Below the pieces are notes generated by a model that worked only from the letters and a program-made list of their open reading frames with translations, was not told where the DNA came from and searched no databases. Positions 10,232-19,471 of a stretch of 45,904 bases of DNA are shown piece after piece. The translations under genes and the position numbers were made by a program. Numbering within the stretch: the stretch's first letter is position 1; each line of letters starts with the position of its first letter. This DNA comes from a virus (lineage: Duplodnaviria; Caudoviricetes), in the IMG/VR virus record IMGVR_UViG_3300008255_000187, positions 1-45,904 of that record; one strand, given 5' to 3'.

Positions 10232-10354
10232 TGTCGGTTAGTTTTAAAAAGAACGATTAATGAATAATAGTAGGGAAGAGACTATGATTCAGACATAATG
10301 TCTATTGCTTTTTTAGTCAAGCTCCCCCCTACTATCTATATCAATTTTTGATAT

Positions 10355-10825
10355 TTACTTTTTAGTAGGGATTCTCTCTTCAATAATTGTGGTTAATTTG
10401 GTTATTGCAGTCGATTGAATTTGAAGTTGAAGGTTAGTATTTTCGATAGCTTTCTTAACTTCCTGGGTATCGTTCTGCTGGGTCTTTGTCAGCTCATCAA
10501 TCGTTTCTCTTTGGGCATTAATTCTTTGCTCTTGAAGTTGAAGAGCAGTGTCATTATCCTTAGTTGGGCTAGTTAAATAAATAAAACCGGCGATAACCAC
10601 ACCGATAATCGACAATCCCAGAGACAGTTGCTTATAAATAAAACTAGCCACGGTTCCCATTTGATTTTCTCTCACTGTTTTTTGAGACGACACCTTGTCG
10701 GCCTCGCTTGTCGCAGAGGCAATAACCTTGGTCGCTTCATTGGCCGCTTGAGCAATAACCCTAACCGCATCGGTTGCAGCATTGCATATTTCTTCTTTAG
10801 CTAGGGCTGTTGCTGATTTAGGCAT
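10355..10825 (-). CDS. Single-TM coiled-coil membrane protein (lysis region)
   Basis: TM segment LSLGLSIIGVVIAGFIYL followed by a heptad coiled coil. Confidence 0.6.
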   Translation of the reverse strand: MPKSATALAKEEICNAATDAVRVIAQAANEATKVIASATSEADKVSSQKTVRENQMGTVASFIYKQLSLGLSIIGVVIAGFIYLTSPTKDNDTALQLQEQRINAQRETIDELTKTQQNDTQEVKKAIENTNLQLQIQSTAITKLTTIIEERIPTKK

Positions 10826-10829
10826 ATGT

Positions 10830-11135
10830 TTATTTATTGTTTGGTATTATAATCGCCTTTTCTTTTTCGATTGAACTAGCACTATATTTATAAACCCCAA
10901 TCTGAACTAGGACTAAAGCCCAGATGGAACGATATAAGGTGTCGAGAATAACTGGACCTAAGTCCTTCCATTCATTGATGGTTGGTAGGTTCGCCTCGAA
11001 CACCGCATTCCAAGCCGGAGTAAGAATAAGCATGCCGAAGAAAATACCAGTGAAAGTGACTAAGAATGACTTAATCTGATGACCCAATTTAGTTGTAGAG
11101 AAAAATAGTTTAATTTTCTCGATGAATTGTTTCAT
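10830..11135 (-). CDS. Putative holin (two TM helices)
   Basis: 101 aa, two hydrophobic segments and a charged C-terminus. Confidence 0.5.
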   Translation of the reverse strand: MKQFIEKIKLFFSTTKLGHQIKSFLVTFTGIFFGMLILTPAWNAVFEANLPTINEWKDLGPVILDTLYRSIWALVLVQIGVYKYSASSIEKEKAIIIPNNK

Positions 11136-11139
11136 ACGT

Positions 11140-11970
11140 TTATGTATTAGTATTTACACTTTTAACATTAGCAATTAAATTCGTGTTATAAGATTTTATA
11201 TTTGCTTTTAGGTTGGTGTTTAGAGATTTAAGGTTAGTTGGGCCAGAGGCTGCTGGCTCATAAGTAATAACTATAATACCTTGTTTACCCCCAGGATTTC
11301 CAACCCCAATCGGACCTCCTCCTGCTCCACCATACAAACCTGCTCCACCAGTAGCATATCCACCACTTCCTCCACCAGAACCGTGGGTCGAGTCCCACTC
11401 TGTTCCGCTCCCTGCAACAGATGAACTGTTTCTGGCACTGCCAGCACCTCCAGACCCGTTTCCACCTGTTCCTCCGGCACCACCAGCTGCACCATTACCA
11501 CCGGCTCCATTAGGACCTGCTGCTCCTCCACCGCCACCAGTATCAAAGGTGTTTGTTGCTCCGTTACCACCAGAATATTTAGTTGCACCAACTCCGCTGG
11601 CTGCTGCTCCGCCAGAACCAGCAGTCTCGAAATTTGGTGCAGCAGCACCACCTTTTGCTCCGCAAGATGAAGCTCCTAGATTAGCACCATTAAACCAAGT
11701 ATCTCCGCCTGCCCCCCCAGTAGTATTACTAGCACCAGCATTACCACCGCCGACACCAACAGAATAACTTATAGAGTTTCCTGGGGTTAAATCTAAATTA
11801 GTAATTTTAGAATAAGCACCACCACCAGCACCAGCACTTTGAGTTCCGCTTTTCCAAGACCCAGTCCCGCCACCACCAATAGTCTCAATGGAATTATTAG
11901 AATCATTCCAATCTGATGGGACCGTCCAACTTCCTGCTCCTGTTGTAGTTAAAAATATTCTTGTTGACAT
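11140..11970 (-). CDS. Glycine-rich tail fibre-associated protein
   Basis: GSWTVP...IGGGG...GGGGAY...GIIVITY glycine-rich domain typical of phage tail proteins. Confidence 0.7.
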   Translation of the reverse strand: MSTRIFLTTTGAGSWTVPSDWNDSNNSIETIGGGGTGSWKSGTQSAGAGGGAYSKITNLDLTPGNSISYSVGVGGGNAGASNTTGGAGGDTWFNGANLGASSCGAKGGAAAPNFETAGSGGAAASGVGATKYSGGNGATNTFDTGGGGGAAGPNGAGGNGAAGGAGGTGGNGSGGAGSARNSSSVAGSGTEWDSTHGSGGGSGGYATGGAGLYGGAGGGPIGVGNPGGKQGIIVITYEPAASGPTNLKSLNTNLKANIKSYNTNLIANVKSVNTNT

Positions 11971-11974
11971 ATTA

Positions 11975-14230
11975 TTAAGCGACTACTGATTGCTGGTCAG
12001 GAGACGGATTAAAGAAAATAGTATCAGCGTCTACTGCGAAACCAATTACTTTAATAATTGCATCCGCACCGGTTGGAATTGTTTCTTGGATAGCTCCCAA
12101 AGTTTCTCCAGCATATAAAGTCGCTCCAACTGTCCAGTTCCAGGCATCAAATCTAACCATAGAAACTGGTAAGGCAACTTTCATAGCTTGAGTATCGTTT
12201 TTAGCTTCCATGGCAATTCCAATTAAACCTTTACAGGTTGCAACAGCGTCAGCGTCAACTTCTAACCATTTAGAAGAGGAACCCATAAACACTAAATCTC
12301 CAGCGGCTGCAGTATATCCAGAAGCAAAAGAATTAGTAGAATTACCGGTGCAATAAGCATCTGTCGCTGGCAGGGTTAAATCAAATCCAGAGCCAGAGGT
12401 AACCTCAACTGTTGTTGAAATAGTGGAGAGGACTGGTCCAGTATATCCAGTATAACCAGTGGCTCCTTGTGGTCCTGTATATCCAGTGGCTCCAGTGGGA
12501 CCGATTGGCCCTGTATAGCCAGTGGCTCCGGTTGGTCCGATTGGGCCTGTATAGCCAGTAAAGTTTCCGGCTCCAGTGTAGCCAGTATATCCAGTTGGGC
12601 CGATTGGTCCGGTATATCCAGTAAAGTTTCCTGCACCGGTATAGCCAGTGTATCCAGTCGGACCGATAGGTCCGGTGTAACCAGTAGCTCCGATTGGACC
12701 AGTGTAACCAGTGTAACCAGTGGGTCCTTGAGGTCCGGTATATCCAGTGAAATTACCAGCACCAGTATAACCAGTATATCCAGTGGCTCCTTGTGGTCCC
12801 GTGAAACCGGTGGCTCCCGTTGGTCCGACTGGGCCAGTATAACCAGTATACCCAGTGGCTCCAGTGGCTCCGGCTGGAGCAGATACTGCAAAAGATGTTT
12901 CTATATGGGAAGCGAAAGCCGTTCCTTGATAAACAAAAGTCATGACTTTTGACGCTGTATCAGTAAAAGCTAAAACATTTATAGCTATTCTGTCAGTTGT
13001 AAGCAAAGAATAAGTTGAGCCTGGCACTATATATTCAAGCACATCTTCTTGAGGAGCAGCAGAACTTGTTGCGTTTATATCTGCGGTTGCTTGTGTTGTA
13101 AATAAAATAGTCTTTTCTCCGGCATCAGTTATTTTTGAAATTTCATATTTGAATCTATTGTCTCCGGTAGCAGACGCAACATAAAACCATCCATGAAAAG
13201 TCCATTTTCCTCCTGGGATTTCTGTATTTCCAGGAACCATAGAAACAGTGGCGTAACTGTCAAGTGAAACTCCACCAGTGTCTCCAGATTGGACAGTGGC
13301 TGACTCATTAACTTGAATATTAGAAACAGGGACACGAGTAAGTGTCTCGTAGTCAGTTGTTATTGAAACAGAGGCTCCGGCCGCTTCGTTAGTCAAAGCA
13401 GATGAACCAATAAGCGTTAAAGTTGATGCAGCGACAGTTCTTATGGTCCAAGTTGCATTATTGCCAGCGTTCGTAGCTCCAGTAACCTTTATTTTATTGC
13501 CAGCTAAAAAACCATCGGTTATAAAACTTCCTGCATCAGCTCTAGTTATCGTATCGGGAGTAGAAGCAGTGACAAAAGCGATTGTATTATTGTTTGTAAT
13601 TGTTGGGCCGATGATGTCAGAGCCAACATTATCAAAATATAAAGTTAAACCAGAAATATTACCCGCTGGGCCAGTGTAACCAGTATATCCAGTATATCCA
13701 GTGAAATTACCGGGTCCAGTGTAACCAGTATATCCAGTAGGGCCCGTAGCCCCGTCTGAAGCAGCCTGCCCCTCTGGACCAGTATACCCGGTGAATCCCG
13801 TCGGACCGATAGGTCCAGTATATCCGGTAAATCCAGTATAACCAGTAAAGTTTCCGGCTCCAGTATAGCCCGTGTAGCCAGTCGAGCCGGTTGGACCTTC
13901 TGGCCCTGTATAACCAGTAGCACCAATTGGGCCAGTATAGCCCGTTGCACCGACAGGTCCGGTGTAACCAGTGGCACCAGTTGCAGAAGCAACTCCAGCA
14001 GGACCAGTATAACCAGTGTAACCGGTGTAACCGGTCGGGCCTATTGCTCCGGCAGTGTTTGTGTTTACCCAGTCGCTCGTTGTAGAATCCCACGTCCAAA
14101 CAGAATCAGTGGAGCCTACCATAGCAAAATATCCGTCAGCTCCGACGGGGTAAGCAGCAGCTAGAGCGGCTGGTGTAGCAAACCACCCAAGATTCATCGG
14201 GTCACCGATTTTATTTGCTAAGTATCCCAT
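11975..14230 (-). CDS. Large collagen-like fibre protein
   Basis: Two Gly-Xaa-Thr collagen blocks flanking a beta domain; C-terminal domain resembles capsid-cement/decoration-type domains. Confidence 0.8.
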   Translation of the reverse strand: MGYLANKIGDPMNLGWFATPAALAAAYPVGADGYFAMVGSTDSVWTWDSTTSDWVNTNTAGAIGPTGYTGYTGYTGPAGVASATGATGYTGPVGATGYTGPIGATGYTGPEGPTGSTGYTGYTGAGNFTGYTGFTGYTGPIGPTGFTGYTGPEGQAASDGATGPTGYTGYTGPGNFTGYTGYTGYTGPAGNISGLTLYFDNVGSDIIGPTITNNNTIAFVTASTPDTITRADAGSFITDGFLAGNKIKVTGATNAGNNATWTIRTVAASTLTLIGSSALTNEAAGASVSITTDYETLTRVPVSNIQVNESATVQSGDTGGVSLDSYATVSMVPGNTEIPGGKWTFHGWFYVASATGDNRFKYEISKITDAGEKTILFTTQATADINATSSAAPQEDVLEYIVPGSTYSLLTTDRIAINVLAFTDTASKVMTFVYQGTAFASHIETSFAVSAPAGATGATGYTGYTGPVGPTGATGFTGPQGATGYTGYTGAGNFTGYTGPQGPTGYTGYTGPIGATGYTGPIGPTGYTGYTGAGNFTGYTGPIGPTGYTGYTGAGNFTGYTGPIGPTGATGYTGPIGPTGATGYTGPQGATGYTGYTGPVLSTISTTVEVTSGSGFDLTLPATDAYCTGNSTNSFASGYTAAAGDLVFMGSSSKWLEVDADAVATCKGLIGIAMEAKNDTQAMKVALPVSMVRFDAWNWTVGATLYAGETLGAIQETIPTGADAIIKVIGFAVDADTIFFNPSPDQQSVVA

Positions 14231-14235
14231 ATATT

Positions 14236-14835
14236 TTAAATTTTATTCTTTATTAACCCGTGCTTTTGAGCTTCCATAATCATCGCTGGTAATTTTTCAA
14301 TCACTACGTTGGTCTCAAAAACATTTTTTCTATTTACTTCAATAATTTCCTCAAGGCTAGTAGCTAAATTAGCTACCAACGAGTCAATCTTATTGGTATT
14401 ATCCTGGCTGACAGTGGCTACTCTATCGACAATCTTATCTAATAAAAAAGTTTCACCTTTTACTACGTCAAAGGCATTTAATGCAAAAGAAACATCAGCT
14501 TCGAGCGATGTTTTTTGAGAAGTCAATATTTCCACTATTTTTGAGAGTGAGTTTATTTCTGCTGACAAAGTGTCTTTTTTTGATTGAAGAAACGCAACCT
14601 CCTTAGAGATAGCTAAAGGCAATTCAGACTCTTTTATTTTAAGTTCCTCAATCCTTCCTCTAATTTCATTCATTCTTGTTTCAATATCCGTATTCGAGGC
14701 GGTTAGCTCATTATTTATTCTCTGAAGCTTTTCCCTCTCCGATATCAAAACGGAAACAGCTGACAGAATAGAGTCTCGTTGTTCAGCCCAGGTTTTTAAA
14801 TTCTCCTTTTGTTCCGAAGTCATTTCTGGGTCCAT
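14236..14835 (-). CDS. Coiled-coil hypothetical protein
   Basis: 199 aa with a heptad pattern. Confidence 0.65.
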   Translation of the reverse strand: MDPEMTSEQKENLKTWAEQRDSILSAVSVLISEREKLQRINNELTASNTDIETRMNEIRGRIEELKIKESELPLAISKEVAFLQSKKDTLSAEINSLSKIVEILTSQKTSLEADVSFALNAFDVVKGETFLLDKIVDRVATVSQDNTNKIDSLVANLATSLEEIIEVNRKNVFETNVVIEKLPAMIMEAQKHGLIKNKI

Positions 14836-14849
14836 ATTTTTAAAATTAT

Positions 14850-15176
14850 TTAGTATCTAAAACTATAATCGATAGCCCCGTTGAAAGTCCCTCCGGTTAC
14901 TTCCAAGATGAAAGCTTCTCCCGGACGACATTCAAAGCGTGGGACGCCATCCATTCCTGGTTCATCTTGGACTGTGATACCTTGACCAGCATCAAGAGTA
15001 AATGAGGCAACAGTTCTTGTCCCACATTTTACAATTAAATTACCGGCAGAGGCTAAATCCCCGATTAGCTCATGGATGTAAATATAGGCATCCGTTTGTG
15101 CCGCTATAACAGTTGTTGACCCAATTGGTGCAGTAACTGGGGCTGCTATTTTTTTCGAGTGTGCATCGTTCTGCAT
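14850..15176 (-). CDS. Hypothetical structural protein
   Basis: 108 aa beta-rich ORF directly after the capsid gene. Confidence 0.6.
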   Translation of the reverse strand: MQNDAHSKKIAAPVTAPIGSTTVIAAQTDAYIYIHELIGDLASAGNLIVKCGTRTVASFTLDAGQGITVQDEPGMDGVPRFECRPGEAFILEVTGGTFNGAIDYSFRY

Positions 15177-15212
15177 ATTTTTAAAATTATTAATTAGTTA
15201 CTCTTCCTAGCT

Positions 15213-15238
15213 AAACCCCCGAGGCGAGTCGGGGGCTT
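15213..15238 (-). terminator. Stem-loop after the major capsid gene (probably a leaky terminator)
   Basis: Minus strand AAGCCCCCGA-CTCGCC-TCGGGGGTTT with a short U tail. Confidence 0.6.
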
Positions 15239-15248
15239 AATAGATAGA

Positions 15249-16286
15249 CTAAACAGTAGCACCGTCGCCATCAGACCACATCCAACCACGAAGGTCAGAA
15301 GCACCCATAACAGCTAAGGAGTTGAAGTTTAATACCAAGTCCTGGTTACCTAGCAAGTCAATGACTGCCGGTTCAGCACGAGTTGGCAAAGCTTCAATAT
15401 ATAAGAAACCAAAATCCTGTGTCATCATTTTGGAATCAAACATACCCCACATTAATCCATCCATTGCTAAGTTCTGATACGGAGATAGTTCTACTATCTT
15501 GAAAGTATCAGTAGCTGGAGCATTGTTGAAGACATTAGTCTGTTGAGGAGCTAAACCTTTATCAATCGTGCCCTTGATTGTCTTGGCAAATTGAGCAGCG
15601 GTTGAACCTCTGCGAACAACTAATGTATCTAAATCAGAAACAAGCGGATTACCACGACCGTCCTTTTTTTCTGAATGTAATCTGCGAGCAGCAAGCAAAG
15701 ATGAATAAGTGAATTGAGGTGAATTTGTAGCACCATCAACGATAACATTGGACCATGCAGCACCACCGTCTTCACGAGGATGAGCTTGTGACCAATATTC
15801 TACGGAGTCAGCACCGATAGTAGCTACCGGAGTTGAAGTACCAACCGCATTGATTGGAGTCCAAGTGAAAGAAGTGTTGAAACCTTGAGCTAGAAGAGAT
15901 TGAGCTAAATAATTTTTAGCGTGTTCAATCGCATTTTTACCTTCGATAACCTTACTCTTCACAGAACCTTTAATCTTAGCAGCTGCGGATTCGAATAAAA
16001 AGAAATTGGTTTGGAATGTCAAACGTACTTTTTTTGTGAAGTGCATTTGAACATAGTTCTTTGAATAACCTTGAATTGGAGCATCAGATGCACCAATACC
16101 ACCATCTGGGATTATTTCAGCCATACCTAGACCAGTTACACCAACGTCGGTATAAATACGTTCGTTGTTGTCAACCTTATACATGAAATCCAAGTATTCG
16201 GGTTTAACTGTTGGAGATACTTTTGGAGCAACGTGTTTTAAGACATTGTTCACGATAACTGCATAATCATTAATTGTTCCTAACAT
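15249..16286 (-). CDS. Major capsid protein
   Basis: 345 aa after scaffold and cement genes, followed by a hairpin; Mu gpT/HK97-like features (GLGMAEIIPDGG, KKDGRGNPL..DLDTLVV, DLRGW). Confidence 0.8.
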   Translation of the reverse strand: MLGTINDYAVIVNNVLKHVAPKVSPTVKPEYLDFMYKVDNNERIYTDVGVTGLGMAEIIPDGGIGASDAPIQGYSKNYVQMHFTKKVRLTFQTNFFLFESAAAKIKGSVKSKVIEGKNAIEHAKNYLAQSLLAQGFNTSFTWTPINAVGTSTPVATIGADSVEYWSQAHPREDGGAAWSNVIVDGATNSPQFTYSSLLAARRLHSEKKDGRGNPLVSDLDTLVVRRGSTAAQFAKTIKGTIDKGLAPQQTNVFNNAPATDTFKIVELSPYQNLAMDGLMWGMFDSKMMTQDFGFLYIEALPTRAEPAVIDLLGNQDLVLNFNSLAVMGASDLRGWMWSDGDGATV

Positions 16287-16309
16287 ATATTTGTTGTATT
16301 AAAAAATAA

Positions 16310-16726
16310 TTAAACAGTTATGAACTTACCAATGATAAGTTTATCAGTGGCAGCTCCGTACGGCTCGACTTGACGTACGACACCAACAGCACTCGTAGTG
16401 TGAGTATTGTTGACGATTGAGGAACTTGCACCAAGAATCATATCCTGCCCGTTATCAGTGGCAAGAGTATCGTTGGTTGTTGGGAAGATAAAAGTATCTT
16501 CATCTGATGGCACGATATAAGGAACACGAGTCTTAGCATCAGCGGCAGCGATTGTTTCGTTGCAAACACCCAAAATAGTAGCTCTAGTTGAACTACTTGT
16601 GGCTGCTACAGCTAAACCGCCTGTTAAATCCAGGATTTCTCCTAGAGTAGTAACAACGCTAGCACCTTTATTAGCTTCCGCTAATTGACGTGTATTCTTT
16701 ATGGTTGCCTGTTTAATTACACCCAT
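16310..16726 (-). CDS. Capsid decoration/cement protein
   Basis: 138 aa, small-residue-rich, between scaffold and capsid genes. Confidence 0.6.
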   Translation of the reverse strand: MGVIKQATIKNTRQLAEANKGASVVTTLGEILDLTGGLAVAATSSSTRATILGVCNETIAAADAKTRVPYIVPSDEDTFIFPTTNDTLATDNGQDMILGASSSIVNNTHTTSAVGVVRQVEPYGAATDKLIIGKFITV

Positions 16727-16751
16727 AGAATTAATTTTAAAAGTTGGTTAA

Positions 16752-17657
16752 TTAATCCGCTAGGAGTTCGATGGCTTTTGCTTCTGACATTCCGGTTGCG
16801 ACAATTTCATCAATTGATTTACGCATCTCCGGAGAGTAATCAGTCTTTGCGATAGTTCCTCCTGGGAACTGCATCGCATTAACTTTTTCTTGAACATTTG
16901 CACCTTTTAATACTCTTTCTTGAATAGTCTCCGATGGCTTAAACATGTTTTCACGAGCGAGCTCTAGGACTGTCATTAATTCTTTACCACTCTTGTTTTG
17001 CCAATTGTAGTTGGAATCAACGAAGTCAAAGAATACTTCACGAGTGTCTTCATCTTTAAGTTCAGTATGTCTATCAACAAATTTCTCTAAAGTGTTTTTA
17101 ACGTCCGTGGCTAAACGCTTTTGTTGGACAATCGCTTCGATGTCCTCCTTGGTCGCTCCGCCCAGTTGTTTCAGCCGTTCCTTGTCAGCAGCTAAAGTTT
17201 CATCTTCTGGCTCTAGCGGTTCTTTCACTTCCTCATTTTTTTGATTTAGAGGGTTAGTGAATCTGTCAGTTCCATTAAGAGTTTTAAGATTGCTCTTAGC
17301 CGTCTTAATTTCTTCTGCTAATAGTTGACGTTGGTCATCGGTCTTAGCAAGTTTTCTTCGTTTGACTAGGTCAAGAAGCTCAATTCGCTTTTCGTAGGAC
17401 TCGTCAGACTCGAACTTACCTTTGTTAGGAACACGAAATTCGTATTCGTCCGATTTCTTCTCATCAACTGGAGGTTTGCTGGTATCCTCCGGCTTAGTTG
17501 GTTCTGGAGTTTCCTCCTTCACTTCTTCCGCCTTGACTTCCTCTTTTGGAGAAAGCACTTTTCCAGCTTGGACTGAATTTATTGACTCTTCCAGCTCTCT
17601 ATCGAGTTCGGTTTCATCAATAACGTCCTCTTTTACTTCTTCTATATTATTATCCAT
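16752..17657 (-). CDS. Putative scaffolding protein
   Basis: 301 aa, very acidic N-terminus, helical, upstream of the capsid genes. Confidence 0.65.
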   Translation of the reverse strand: MDNNIEEVKEDVIDETELDRELEESINSVQAGKVLSPKEEVKAEEVKEETPEPTKPEDTSKPPVDEKKSDEYEFRVPNKGKFESDESYEKRIELLDLVKRRKLAKTDDQRQLLAEEIKTAKSNLKTLNGTDRFTNPLNQKNEEVKEPLEPEDETLAADKERLKQLGGATKEDIEAIVQQKRLATDVKNTLEKFVDRHTELKDEDTREVFFDFVDSNYNWQNKSGKELMTVLELARENMFKPSETIQERVLKGANVQEKVNAMQFPGGTIAKTDYSPEMRKSIDEIVATGMSEAKAIELLAD

Positions 17658-17665
17658 ATAATTAT

Positions 17666-17696
17666 CCGCCTGTATCGTAGACGGTGACGATGGTTA
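17666..17696 (-). promoter_or_regulatory. Structured 5' UTR motif, copy 1
   Basis: Minus strand TAACCATCGTCACCGTCTACGATACAGGCGG then ATAATTATATG; near-repeat of 18222..18253. Confidence 0.65.
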
Positions 17697-17701
17697 ATTA
17701 A

Positions 17702-17730
17702 ATTATATCATTTTTTGGAGATAAAGGCAA
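17702..17730 (-). promoter_or_regulatory. Sigma70-type promoter for the scaffold/capsid operon
   Basis: Minus strand TTGCCT-17 nt-TATAAT with extended TG. Confidence 0.7.
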
Positions 17731-17731
17731 A

Positions 17732-18214
17732 CTATCTATCAGTGTATTTGATAAATTTTACGATTCTTTCCAGCTTCTGTCTTAACGTGTCGAGGTTGAC
17801 TGAACCTTCTGTTAAAAACGAGATAGCGTGCTTCTGAAAATCGCCGTCCATCGAGTCGTTAAAGTCTCCGACGGAGACAGAATACTTGATTGGGACGATT
17901 ACTAAATAGACCTCCTTATCAACCTGCTTATAAAAAAGGATATTGTCAGCTGGTCTGAAGACTTTATTAAAAACTTCCAATAAATCCTCTCTCTCAACTG
18001 GCTTTCCACAGGTTCCTTCAAAACCAGAAGGTAAAACACCTTTGAAAAAATAGTCATTAATGGACATTTCTTTTCCTTGAGTGTTTTTGATAATTACATT
18101 TTTCACCTTTGCCTCTAATGGTCTTGAAGTAGCCGCTGCTCTTGGAGCTGCTGCTGCCCTTTTAACTACTGGCACTACTTTCTCTTCCTCTTTTTTTGTT
18201 TGAATGTTTTCCAT
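17732..18214 (-). CDS. Hypothetical protein (head module)
   Basis: 160 aa ORF with ATTATATG start. Confidence 0.7.
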   Translation of the reverse strand: MENIQTKKEEEKVVPVVKRAAAAPRAAATSRPLEAKVKNVIIKNTQGKEMSINDYFFKGVLPSGFEGTCGKPVEREDLLEVFNKVFRPADNILFYKQVDKEVYLVIVPIKYSVSVGDFNDSMDGDFQKHAISFLTEGSVNLDTLRQKLERIVKFIKYTDR

Positions 18215-18221
18215 ATAATTT

Positions 18222-18253
18222 CCAGGCCGTATCGTGGCCGGTGACGATGGTTA
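18222..18253 (-). promoter_or_regulatory. Structured 5' UTR motif, copy 2
   Basis: Minus strand TAACCATCGTCACCGGCCACGATACGGCCTGG then AAATTATATG; preceded by a CAC-GAAA-GTG tetraloop hairpin (18251..18276). Confidence 0.65.
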
Positions 18254-18276
18254 GCCCCACTTTCGTGAGGGGTTAA

Positions 18277-18750
18277 TTAAATGACTTTTCTAAATTCCCC
18301 ATGATATTTTACACAGGCATTACAGTAAGCTTCATACGCATCTATTTTATCATTAAAATATCCTAGTTGGTTATTTTTCCCATTATAGTAGATTCTTGCT
18401 CCCCACTTTTTATGACCCTTGTGCCAAGAAACTCCTTTAAATCCACTTGTATTACTCTTTTGTTTTCCTTGGTTCATTAAATTTTGAGAACGAGTACAGA
18501 CCCTTAAATTATATTTCTGATTATTAAGGCCGTTCCCATCTATATGGTCAATATCTAATCCTTTCTTAGCGGTAACAATAAAAGAGTGCATAAGGACTGT
18601 TTTTTGTTTTCCTCCATCCACTTTTAAGTTTCTTCCAGCATAATAAGTATTGCCGCTCTTAACCGCAAACCACTTATTTTTATTTAACACGTCGAAAATA
18701 GTTTCATCTACTAAAGCGTATTTATTTTGTGTTAATTTTATTTTTCTCAT
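18277..18750 (-). CDS. HNH homing endonuclease with AP2 domain
   Basis: DIDHIDGNGLNNQKYNLRVCTRSQN (HNH) plus NTSGFKGVSW...WGARI...LGYF...AYEAY (AP2). Confidence 0.92.
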   Translation of the reverse strand: MRKIKLTQNKYALVDETIFDVLNKNKWFAVKSGNTYYAGRNLKVDGGKQKTVLMHSFIVTAKKGLDIDHIDGNGLNNQKYNLRVCTRSQNLMNQGKQKSNTSGFKGVSWHKGHKKWGARIYYNGKNNQLGYFNDKIDAYEAYCNACVKYHGEFRKVI

Positions 18751-19226
18751 TTTTTATTTAATTTCAAGTTTTTGAAGCTTGAATAAAACTTTTGCAAGAA
18801 TTTCTCCTGCTCCGGTCTTATCTTTGACCTCATATCCTTGATATAATCATTAGTTAAAACTAATACCGGAACATCCATGTTTATTTTAGCAATCCCATAG
18901 ACCTGCTCGATTAAAGCAAACTCTATTGGGTATGGATGGGTATAGTTTATGTTTATTTTTTCTCCCTTTTTCATGTCCTTGTCTAAAACACAAGCCAACT
19001 GTCTTCCGACTTCGACTACGTTTATTCTGTCGCTTTCAACAAAGGCTGCTTCAAGAGTATCGGAATTGACACCTCCAACTAACATCGAAGCTAGCTCCTC
19101 GGCCCCTATCTCAAACTCGTCCCCGGATTTGGAGATAAATTTAAGTAACTTATTCTTGATGGAATCTTCAGAATAATTTACCTGTACGGTATAGTTTTCT
19201 TTTTTAATTTCTTTTGGAGTAGGCAT
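18747..19226 (-). CDS. Hypothetical protein
   Basis: 159 aa, stop overlaps the HNH start. Confidence 0.7.
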   Translation of the reverse strand: MPTPKEIKKENYTVQVNYSEDSIKNKLLKFISKSGDEFEIGAEELASMLVGGVNSDTLEAAFVESDRINVVEVGRQLACVLDKDMKKGEKININYTHPYPIEFALIEQVYGIAKINMDVPVLVLTNDYIKDMRSKIRPEQEKFLQKFYSSFKNLKLNKK

Positions 19227-19227
19227 A

Positions 19228-19467
19228 TTATTCTTTTGGCTCGTGTAGAGAGCCTTTTCTTATCGCATCTAATAAGTCGACCATTGTCCGCAGCATAGTC
19301 CCCTGAGTATCAAGAGTTATGGTGTTTACTATTGTTTTCCACTGGCTCTTGTCGTCTACCAAAGGAACTTGGGACATACAATCTTTCATCAACTCAATAA
19401 TAGTCGAGGCATGCTCACTTTGAGCAAGGGCTATTTTTCTTTGCTTTAAGCTCTGTTCATTTTCCAT
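19228..19467 (-). CDS. Hypothetical small protein following the portal gene
   Basis: 79 aa, tightly packed in the operon. Confidence 0.7.
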   Translation of the reverse strand: MENEQSLKQRKIALAQSEHASTIIELMKDCMSQVPLVDDKSQWKTIVNTITLDTQGTMLRTMVDLLDAIRKGSLHEPKE

Positions 19468-19471
19468 AAAA

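Noticed and set aside
12376-14099. ORFs 12376..12891, 12467..12952, 13645..13992 and 13707..14099 overlapping the 751-aa fibre gene
   Set aside because: Same repeat-induced shadow frames; no start context and no slippery site noticed to support programmed frameshifting
18222-18750. Group I intron around the HNH-AP2 gene
   Set aside because: Flanking genes have their own starts and stops, and the ~60 nt of flanking non-coding sequence is too short for an intron core
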